64,000 nt of DNA from Trypanosoma brucei (Eukaryota). The notes under the pieces were generated by a model. It was given only the letters and a program-made list of their open reading frames with translations. It made no database searches and had not been told where the DNA came from. Positions within the stretch are counted from its first letter, which is position 1. Each line of letters begins with the position of its first letter. Where the stretch lies: the NCBI GenBank assembly GCA_000002445.1, contig CM000208.1:2560001-2624000 (forward strand). Reading direction: 5' to 3'. This document shows positions 22,873 through 31,458 of the stretch, piece by piece. The position numbers and the translations under genes are program-made.

Positions 22873-24738
22873 TCATGCAACGCGTTGCTCCCGCTTTTCT
22901 ACCCAAAGCAACGGAAGTTTACGTCCTAGCCCCTCCTTCCACACCTCGTCAAGGACGGACTCTCCGGCACGCTGCGACCCCTGTAGCCAACAATGCACGG
23001 AGTCACCAGATGCGATGTTCCTCCCTATTTCCGCCATGTCACCAACCGACACAACCCGCTGAGGAATATAAAGCGAATAATTGCCAACTCGCCTAGTTTC
23101 GTGATCAGCTTCACCCTCCGTTGGAGGAAAGGCCTGTAACCTACGACAGCTTTGATGATATCTCCCCGAAACCGTCCGGGCAATTTCCCGCTGCCTTAAT
23201 GCCATCCACAACCTAGAGAGTGGAAACCGAGACGCTATCCCCTCCAGTAGCGCAGCGGTATCAGGGTCAGGAGGTTTTGCTCCCGAATATACGTCCGATT
23301 GAAGCTGAAGCAATTGTTGCACTGTGCGATTCATACTTTGCTTCGTTACGCCACGTGGAACACCAGCCTTGGTGTTCAACGCTGCGGTGCTCTCTTCGTT
23401 CCAGCGCAAAACGCACCGCACGACGAGGCCCTCAAGTTCCCCCCTACGCCTTTTCGCACCCGCGGAACAGGGAACAACTTGATTTCCATCCTCCACTGTG
23501 GCCCACGCAGCACGGGACCAGCATGATTCATCCTTTCTTTTGGGCGCACCACCGTTTCCCAGAGGGGTATCGTCCCCACTCATGCCCACCAGGATCAAAC
23601 GGAGGGCGGACGATTCAAAATCACAAACATCCACCTGCGGAAATGGCGAACCACCTCGCACAGGCTCGTTTGTTCCCTCAGAGGGAGCACCTAGTTCCCC
23701 AGGGCGAAGACGAGGACAAAAACAATGCAAGCGGCTATTTAGGCCCTCTCTTGCTTTCTCTAGAGGGGAAAACGCATTAACCGCTACACAGTTGTCACTA
23801 ACAATGCTAACCTTTCGCGGAAGCCACACCGCCGCCAGGCGGATGGGCTCCGGAAACAGTCGCGTTCGTCTTCGGCCCTGGATGCCCAAGCAGTGCCAGC
23901 GAAGCAATTTGTCCGAACACGACATGCAGAGGTTTTGCCGACCCTTCCCCGGTTTGACACGGGCTACGAACGGCATATCGTCCACCGGCCAGCACCGGTG
24001 AGCAGCTACCCGGTGGCCATAGCAAACGGTAAAGGAGCCGGGACCATCAAACACGCGAGCGTCCACAAACTCAGGTAGGGTCTTGCCATCGCAGCGAGAT
24101 ACATGCTCCTCTCCAACGAGCAAAGGGTTGCTATCCAATCCGCCGTCGAAAAGGGAACGGCCGCTAGGCGTACTCAGGAGCACATGAGCCCCGCCGAATG
24201 GGGTAGACATCGCACCGCAGGGATACTCTGTGCACACCAAGTGCACGCTCACGCCGGGCCGAAGACGGAAACACTCCCCCACTGCATCACAACTTGCGTC
24301 ACCGCCGGAGAACTGAGGAAAACAATGGTGACGCTCAACGGCAAAATGAAGTCGGTCGTCACCCCGTGAAAGATACGCTGCTGCATCCAGAAGGAATGCC
24401 ACGAGGCCACGCCGGGCCATAACCTCCGCGTGCCCGTCTCTCAGCATCAAATCGGCCTCAACAGTAAACTCCACTGGTTTGTAACCCACACAACGCGTCC
24501 CACTTCCCAACGAGACGCACACAAAACTAGGACCACTAATTTTATCACAGGGAGAGGCGCGGGGCAGTCCTAGCACAAACCCTGCTACCACCTCCCCCCT
24601 ACCATCCAGGGCACTAATTGCACTACAGTCCCAACCAAAACCACGCGGTTGAGAACGGAGGGCTATAGCAAATGCCTCAAGAGGAGTGGCACAACCCGGG
24701 AAACAGTCGTGAGGCACATCCACATGCATCCACTCCAA
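22873..24738 (-). CDS. tRNA-specific adenosine deaminase, ADAT1/ADAR-type (A_deamin domain).
   Basis: Deaminase zinc-ligand and catalytic motifs appear in canonical order: DGHAEV (His/Glu), EYPCG and CMSCSDKLLRWHCLGIQG (the SCSDK..RW signature of ADAR/ADAT1 deaminase domains). Confidence 0.65.
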   Translation of the reverse strand: MEWMHVDVPHDCFPGCATPLEAFAIALRSQPRGFGWDCSAISALDGRGEVVAGFVLGLPRASPCDKISGPSFVCVSLGSGTRCVGYKPVEFTVEADLMLRDGHAEVMARRGLVAFLLDAAAYLSRGDDRLHFAVERHHCFPQFSGGDASCDAVGECFRLRPGVSVHLVCTEYPCGAMSTPFGGAHVLLSTPSGRSLFDGGLDSNPLLVGEEHVSRCDGKTLPEFVDARVFDGPGSFTVCYGHRVAAHRCWPVDDMPFVARVKPGKGRQNLCMSCSDKLLRWHCLGIQGRRRTRLFPEPIRLAAVWLPRKVSIVSDNCVAVNAFSPLEKAREGLNSRLHCFCPRLRPGELGAPSEGTNEPVRGGSPFPQVDVCDFESSALRLILVGMSGDDTPLGNGGAPKRKDESCWSRAAWATVEDGNQVVPCSAGAKRRRGELEGLVVRCVLRWNEESTAALNTKAGVPRGVTKQSMNRTVQQLLQLQSDVYSGAKPPDPDTAALLEGIASRFPLSRLWMALRQREIARTVSGRYHQSCRRLQAFPPTEGEADHETRRVGNYSLYIPQRVVSVGDMAEIGRNIASGDSVHCWLQGSQRAGESVLDEVWKEGLGRKLPLLWVEKREQRVA

Positions 24739-24993
24739 AAATAAGGCGGGGATGGACGCGACGCCACCCAGAGAAAACTACTCCTAAATCCCAACAAAAT
24801 AAGTGAAAAGGCAAGAGAGAGAGAGAGAGAGTATTACGTCAACACACGCACACACGCAAGCTGGAGTATAATATGCACATTACATGTGTCACATCAAAGT
24901 AAGACCACTGGCACCCGTTTGAAGAGTTGTAACCCCAGTTATCCCTGCTAACGGGGCACAGCTGGCAGCATCGCTTAGAAGTGGATCACACGC

Positions 24994-26001
24994 TCACTGC
25001 CCCGATTGAGGGAATAAGCGGTCAAGTAGTGTTTCCGCGAGGTATGCGGTATGTTGCTGACTCAATCGTGCATCAAGCGGCTGGCCTGACTCGAATGCAC
25101 GAAGCAGAGCCGCATCTCGCGTGGATAACATGGATGACTGCATGGTGCCCCACAGGCGGGCGTTATTTTGTGGGTTACTCTGGAGGTACTCCGACGCCTT
25201 CAACGGATCAACAGTCCACAATGCGCTGACAAAGCCCAGCAAGGGCACGATTCGAGACTCAATTAGTACTTTCTCCTCGGGTTCAAACGCAGTCCGAAGA
25301 CCATGCGTGCTACCGAGCCCCACCACGAGTGCTGAAGGTATGGAAGACTCACACTCCAGACAATGTAACACAGTCCCTACAAGTTGATGCCGAGACGGGT
25401 AAGATATGCAGAGAGGATCCAGCAGTGCGTCGCTGAAAGAAATGAGGCGCGTGGCGCCAAATGGAAAACAAGGACTTCCAAAGATGAAGAGAATATCGCT
25501 TCCTCTTAAGCCACGATGAGCCAAGAGAACACGTTCTAGTGACTCACCCACCATGACGACCGGAACACGCGGCTCGAGCAGCGCGCATCGCCGTGGGTTG
25601 TTGTGCTCACCTAGAAGCAGACGGTCACACCACACACCCATGTAATCCGACACCCTCTCAGAATCCCAAGTCTGCGCGTTTCGACACGGCCTGCGGAACC
25701 GAGAGCCACTGTGACTGCAGGTATGCCTTGCAAATGGTCCGTATTGGCGGAAAGCGTACCGCTCGCGAGTCCTTCCCTTCGCATCTCTTGCTTGAATGCG
25801 GTTTTCATCTGGGTTCTGTACGTCACTCGGGGAAGGGGCACATGTTTCTAGTATTTTCCTTGCAACAAGTCTGCCTAGAGCCCCCCGCGCCTCGCTGCCT
25901 TGCTCATCGTTTAGGGTTCCAATGCAGACAAGAAGACGCTCCACAGCGGGATTGGCAATCGACAGCCTGACCCGCAGGGCCACCGAACTTGGCATCGACA
26001 C
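24994..26001 (-). CDS. Hypothetical protein (335 aa).
   Basis: Minus-strand ORF with normal spacing to its neighbours. No recognised motif. Confidence 0.4.
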   Translation of the reverse strand: MSMPSSVALRVRLSIANPAVERLLVCIGTLNDEQGSEARGALGRLVARKILETCAPSPSDVQNPDENRIQARDAKGRTRERYAFRQYGPFARHTCSHSGSRFRRPCRNAQTWDSERVSDYMGVWCDRLLLGEHNNPRRCALLEPRVPVVMVGESLERVLLAHRGLRGSDILFIFGSPCFPFGATRLISFSDALLDPLCISYPSRHQLVGTVLHCLECESSIPSALVVGLGSTHGLRTAFEPEEKVLIESRIVPLLGFVSALWTVDPLKASEYLQSNPQNNARLWGTMQSSMLSTRDAALLRAFESGQPLDARLSQQHTAYLAETLLDRLFPQSGQ

Positions 26002-26433
26002 CTTTTCCAGTTCACACTAGTGGATCAGTTTCTGCTTCAAACTAAGGAAGGGAAATAAAAAAGGGGCCGAGTACTCCCCCAAAGACAATACGGTGCGCAG
26101 GGGCGTAGACACGCATCCACGGAACCGGTAAAACACTACGTTACGAACGTCAGACACGTTTTCTTTCATTCCTCATAAGTCGTAGACAGTGATCTCTTCT
26201 GATGTTGTACTACCGTAAACACGACAGAACCTTTGTTGTTGTCGTTGACTCTGGCACGCACTCGCAGGCGAAAGAGTTCAGCCTGTGGAAAGGAACAAAA
26301 CTTACGACCTGGCTACCTCAACCCAGCGTCTCGCCTACTTATCATTTACTTCATTATTTACCCGCTTGACGCCAGTTTCCAGCGCTTGGCGGAACGGGGT
26401 GGGTATGCTACTAATATTCCCGTAAATAGGGTT

Positions 26434-27396
26434 TTACACCTTCTGACTGGCATCACCTGCCACTTCAGCGGGAGGCGCGGGCGCGCTACAATCTCCTTCC
26501 GCTATCGCCTGCTCCCGACGCTTCTTCTCCATTTCTTCCTTACGAGCACGAAGCTGTGCATCCCGGACCTCACGTATTTTTCTCCGCGTGTTCACTAATA
26601 CGGTGTCCTCCCTATCCTCCCGCAGAAAAAGAGTGGCGCCCTCCAACTCGGACGCCTGCAGTTCCGTTATGGCACGGGCAGCGTCTTCCGGGGTGACAAA
26701 TTCCACCACAGCTCTTCCCCCTGAGAAAACTTTGCAAAAGGTGACCTCCCCCGCTTGACGCAAATGATCCTTGAGTGTGTGCCAAGTAGTTTCGTCGGAA
26801 AGTCCAGACACCTGCACACGCTGACCCACCAATTTCTTAATGCCATCAATCTCCACCTCCACCGCGGTAAGGGTTAACGGATCCACACGCCGCACAGGGG
26901 GGTTGAAGCTAGGGGGGGCAGCAGTCCATGCCTCCTCGTCGACCACGTTTGGTTGGCCCCAGACGCCATCATCCGCACCACCACGACCGCGTCGGAAACC
27001 ACCACGACCACGGTTTGCCCGAGCACCGGTAGCTGCACCGCGCCACCCGGCATCGCCGTCGTTCCACGGGTTACTGAAACCATGAGCACTTCCACCCCGA
27101 CCAGAGCCCCAGCCGCCGTTGCTGCCCCCACCAGAGCCACGGCCTCCTCCACCAGAGCCCCAGCCACCGCCGCCTCCTCCACCAGAGCCCCAGCCGCCGT
27201 TGCCACCTCCGCCAGAGCCCCACCCACCGCCGCCTCCTCCACCAGAGCCCCAGCCGCCTCTTCCACCGCTGCCACCGCCACCGCTACCATTGCCTGGGCC
27301 ATCGTCGGATCCCCATCCCCCACCAGAAGAGCCACCCCCCCACCCTTGGAGAAAGGCCACCGTGGCATTCAGCACCCTAACAGGTGTGCGCTTCAT
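26434..27396 (-). CDS. RGG2: RRM-domain RNA-binding protein with an N-terminal Gly-rich GWG/RG-repeat region. It resembles the mitochondrial RNA-editing accessory factor RGG2.
   Basis: The N-terminal half consists of (GGWGSGGGG)n-like repeats, about 8 GW motifs, plus RG/RGG. The C-terminal half has an RRM-like fold (LVGQRVQVSGLSDETTWHTLKDHLRQAGEVTFCKV...RAVVEFVTPEDAARAITEL). Length is 320 aa. The architecture matches my memory of TbRGG2. Not search-verified. Confidence 0.5.
   Translation of the reverse strand: MKRTPVRVLNATVAFLQGWGGGSSGGGWGSDDGPGNGSGGGGSGGRGGWGSGGGGGGGWGSGGGGNGGWGSGGGGGGGWGSGGGGRGSGGGSNGGWGSGRGGSAHGFSNPWNDGDAGWRGAATGARANRGRGGFRRGRGGADDGVWGQPNVVDEEAWTAAPPSFNPPVRRVDPLTLTAVEVEIDGIKKLVGQRVQVSGLSDETTWHTLKDHLRQAGEVTFCKVFSGGRAVVEFVTPEDAARAITELQASELEGATLFLREDREDTVLVNTRRKIREVRDAQLRARKEEMEKKRREQAIAEGDCSAPAPPAEVAGDASQKV
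27090..27340 (-). repeat. Imperfect 27-bp tandem repeat encoding the GGWGSGGGG units of the RRM protein.
   Basis: Periodic ccaccagagccccagccgccg... on the plus strand. Confidence 0.8.
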
Positions 27397-28972
27397 ATCA
27401 CTGAGTAAAAACTCAAAATAAAAAAGATGCGCGCCGCGCTTTTACAATATCCTTACTTCTAAACCCACTTCAGCAAGGATTGTATTTTTTTTAAAAAAGA
27501 GACCACATACACGAGAGAACGCATATGTATTATAATGGCGTCAACAAAGCACAAACACTCCATTTTTTCGCAGGTCTTACACTTGCACAACGTAATTCAT
27601 GATGACGAAACCACACAGACCTCCCCTGGGGAAAGCAAGACAGCAAGCAAACGAACAACAGTCGCCGCACCAACCGGTGCAGTGAGATGTACCGAAAGTA
27701 CATAACGCTCGCCTAAGTTCTTTCCTTAACCTCACACAAACGGAAAGCAAGCAAAGTCAAAAAAAATAAAAGCAGAAACCGCTACCACCACTTCGAGGGG
27801 ATTTCACTGAAACAACGCTACAGCTGAAGTTGGAGAAAGAAATTCCCCCACCTCTAGATTCCAAGCGGCTGCTGCGACGCTAACAAAAACGTGTGAGGAC
27901 GGGGAAGAGACAACACCCGACAACTCCATGTTCCTGGTGGGTTACACATAACAAAGCGGTGGTTGAAATGAGGGTGACAGTGCCTATTAGTCTAAAGAAC
28001 CACAGCTGCAGCTCAGAAACAGCTGCGAGGCCTCAGCCAAGTGGAGCACATCCTGCCTGTAACCCAGGCTCCTACCTGACTCAGGTCACAGCGAAAACAG
28101 GCACCGAAAAGGCGACAACCGCGGGGACACCCACACCCAAACTCACATAGGCGGAGCAATCGCGAGCAATAAGTTAATACACGCCGCATGCAGCACAAAC
28201 CCAGCAGCTAGCCGTATTCGGCTCACTAAACGCGAATAAAAAATGGAAGTGTCCAGATGTGCCCACAAAACATCACTTGTTGAAGCAGGGAGTTCATTTG
28301 ATAGAAAATCCATGGATGCAGTTCTCAGCTGAAAGAACATGTTGGCAGCCACCCGAGGTAGCGTCTCACACACAATACGCCTCCACTCACCGTGCAGTAC
28401 CCTTCCACAGAAATAAATGGGGATATGACAAAATTTGAGGGAACAACATGATACACCACCGCCCACTTCATATACCGTCTTTTTCTTGTGCAAGAACGCA
28501 TATGCACAGACATATGGCGGTAGAACCGCGGGGCACACGGGGAAACTAACCATATGGTATATGCAAACAAGCGCACAAAGGTAACTTGAAAACTACATCT
28601 CAAAAAACATGCCCAGCAAAGGACCAACCAGCGCTAAGGGGCAATCGCACAATCATCGCATATTTGGACAATAATTAGGGTAAAGCGCCTGAACAAGTGT
28701 AAGACCAGCACGTACACCCTCCGCGTGGCACTCACTGCAGCTGAAAAGACTGAAGTGTAGGAAGACAGGGAAGAAACACCTTTCTTACAACAGCCCTCAC
28801 CATCTGCAGGGATAGAAGCTACACCGTATCTCCTCTACGTGTGGCAGAAACAGATTAAGTTGCTAGTAGCCATAGCAAGTAAAAAGACGTAACAGCAGCC
28901 ACAAAACGTTATGAGTGCCCGGACATCTGCAAACTTCACAGGCAATATGTTTCAACAGAACAGCATGTATGA

Positions 28973-30682
28973 TTACAAATGTATGATATTGTGGGGTAAA
29001 AGTACGTCGGTTACCGTTCGTCTGCACTTGGGGCACTTCCGTTTAATTTTCTTCATCGCCAATTTTCCAATGTCCACGACACCCTTGGGCTCACCCGCAA
29101 CGCGCTCTTTAGAGTTCTTCCCAAACGGGCACAGCAGGCACCCACAACAACTGGACTCTTGTGCCTCCGCTGCCCCTGCCTCCCTGTTGTCAGCATCCAC
29201 ATGTGCGCCGCTAGGATTTCCTGCATGCTCACCATCAGCGGAGGAGACACTTTGCAGAGCCTCCTCGGCACGAACCTGAGAATCGGATGCGGCCGCAGAG
29301 CAAGTTTGTTTAGGCAGACGTCTGGGGCTTATTGTTCGTTTCTTTTTAATATTTAGGCACGCGTAACAGTAAAAGTGACCACATGGCAGAAGAACAATAA
29401 TCCCCTCGTCCTCCGCATGGTAATCAGAATCATCGCATATACCTCTCTCACCGGGTGGCCTGGAACCCTGAACCGCGTCAACAAGTGAGAGAAGTGACCG
29501 CGGGCGTAATGCCAGCTCACACCCTGCGCAATAAAACTCACCGCTCAGACAGGGGCCATCTCCACCCTCCTCTTGTATTTGCTTGCTTGGATCGGATCTG
29601 CGAGTCGTGCAAAAACAACAAATACATCGAAGCAAGGGGCAACATCCTGAAGAGCCACCCTCTGCAGAAAGACCATCGGCAATGAACCCATGGCGTCGCA
29701 CCGCGTAATGCGCAGCCACCTCTACCTGTCGCATTCCGTTCGCTACAATCGTGTTGTCACGATAAGTTGCACAAGCACGGGAAACCCAAACGCAAGAAAT
29801 GATCCCTATCATAAAAACAAACGACGAAAATAGGGCAAGCATCTGCTGAAGTGATCCAACAAATGTCGGACCCACGCCCTCTCCGTTGCTCAGACAGGCC
29901 GAACAAAATCCTGGAGATACAATACCTTGAAGATTTTGGCAGCTATCTCCCTCACTGGAAGGTATGCAAGACTGTGAGCCACAACACCACATACAATCCT
30001 CCAGGCCGCTCGCCGCGTCACCAGAAGCCAAACACAAACCGCACGTATCTGCATAGTGGCACCGCGAGGGGCACGTCTCTCCTACAGCGATAGGACGACC
30101 GCCTTTAGAGCACCCGCTCGTATTTCTCACGCACCGGTGCTCTTCACAGCACCATCCACAGCCATCATTTTGGCTGAGGCATTCATCAACTGTCAGACGA
30201 TGCGAACAGGTGTCAGAGGCACAGGCAAGATCACTGCCGTCGACTTTACAGTACGAGCCCGCCTCACAGCATGTAACATTTCGTTCATCAGCACAGCACT
30301 CCTCACTTTGACCACAAGACCCCACAACCCTCCCAGGGAAACCGCAGCACTTACTTCCCCCAGATACACAATAGTAGTAAGCTGGGCCTCCGCAGCATAT
30401 GGGCGCAAACGAAGGGCAATACCCGTCCCCACATCCAACGAGCCCACCCACTGAGAGGCTCTCGTTGCTGCTTAGTCTATTCACCACCTGACCAACACCA
30501 GCTGAACCGTTCAACGCCACGAGCCCCCTTACGACAGGCCAAACAACATTACTCCCCTCCGTCCTAGATGGTGTCGGCATCTCAAGCCACACATCATCCT
30601 TCAAAATACTCCGCTTGTGATCCGCTGAAGCTACCCGCACCAGCAGAAACGGTACCGAAAACAATGTTAGCCACAAGGACAT
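28973..30682 (-). CDS. Cys-rich type-I membrane protein. Signal peptide, Cys-rich ectodomain, one TM, and a cytoplasmic RING/zinc-finger-like C-terminus. Hypothetical.
   Basis: Signal peptide MSLWLTLFSVPFLLVRVASA. Ectodomain with more than 40 Cys in repeated CC/CxxC patterns. TM LALFSSFVFMIGIISCVWV. Cytoplasmic tail with LLPCGHFYCYAC (RING-like) and a terminal CPKC..CxxC pattern. Confidence 0.45.
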   Translation of the reverse strand: MSLWLTLFSVPFLLVRVASADHKRSILKDDVWLEMPTPSRTEGSNVVWPVVRGLVALNGSAGVGQVVNRLSSNESLSVGGLVGCGDGYCPSFAPICCGGPAYYYCVSGGSKCCGFPGRVVGSCGQSEECCADERNVTCCEAGSYCKVDGSDLACASDTCSHRLTVDECLSQNDGCGWCCEEHRCVRNTSGCSKGGRPIAVGETCPSRCHYADTCGLCLASGDAASGLEDCMWCCGSQSCIPSSEGDSCQNLQGIVSPGFCSACLSNGEGVGPTFVGSLQQMLALFSSFVFMIGIISCVWVSRACATYRDNTIVANGMRQVEVAAHYAVRRHGFIADGLSAEGGSSGCCPLLRCICCFCTTRRSDPSKQIQEEGGDGPCLSGEFYCAGCELALRPRSLLSLVDAVQGSRPPGERGICDDSDYHAEDEGIIVLLPCGHFYCYACLNIKKKRTISPRRLPKQTCSAAASDSQVRAEEALQSVSSADGEHAGNPSGAHVDADNREAGAAEAQESSCCGCLLCPFGKNSKERVAGEPKGVVDIGKLAMKKIKRKCPKCRRTVTDVLLPHNIIHL

Positions 30683-31458
30683 GCCTGGCTATGGAAATGC
30701 AACAACTATGTCATGTTCAAAGAAACATTATAGAATGGAAAAAGTATCGAAAATATCACAAAACGAGGCAACTAGCCCGTGGCACACAACAGCGAATACG
30801 TAACACACCCCACAAATGGCAAACAATATACCTTACACATAAAAAAACAGAAACTCTAAATTAGCAACGCATCAATCAGCGGAAAAACAAACAAATCATG
30901 ATGGATGCATAGCTTCTAAGCAATCAACTTCCCTTGCGTCGGAGAGTTAAAAAAGGTGCAAAGCGATCACAGCAATCATAAAAAAAGATGGCGTAAGCAT
31001 CCCCCACCACGAAACTCACACTGCTGTCAGCAATTACTGCTTTATCTGTTGATGAAAAAGTACTTCCCTCCCCCTGTAAATATAAAAAAAAAAAAGAAGA
31101 GACGGCTGTCACAACAAAAAATAGGGGAGCAACCAAGGTTAATCTTCACCAACTTAGCGTCAGCGAAAGGGCCGCAAGGGGGACACGTGTTTCCGTTTAA
31201 GAGAGGGCACACGTGAGGCACTACAATTATAAACTCACACGCGAACCCACATAGTGAAAAAGTAAGATTAAATAATGCATTCTGTATGTTTAAAAGATAA
31301 CAAAAGCGAAGGAAATTTTCGCCTCACATTCTCCCTACCAGGGGAAAGCGTTGAGCGCTCATGGCGTAGGCTGTACAACAAACTGCCATGTGCACTGAAA
31401 GGCCACCATCACACACATTGCACCTTCCCAAAGTTGCTTTCCCCGGAGAAGCGGTGGT

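Noticed and set aside
26434-27396. GW-repeat protein as a GW182-like Argonaute partner encoded near AGO1.
   Set aside because: The architecture (Gly-rich GWG/RG N-terminus plus a single RRM, 320 aa, presequence-like N-terminus) fits the mitochondrial RGG2 editing factor better. It is kept only as a low-probability alternative.
26874-27421. Additional ORFs over the Gly-rich repeat (26874..27368 -, 26953..27408 +, 27119..27421 + encoding PPPPEPQPP...).
   Set aside because: They are alternative frames of the 27-bp repeat. Only the frame joined to the RRM makes a coherent protein.
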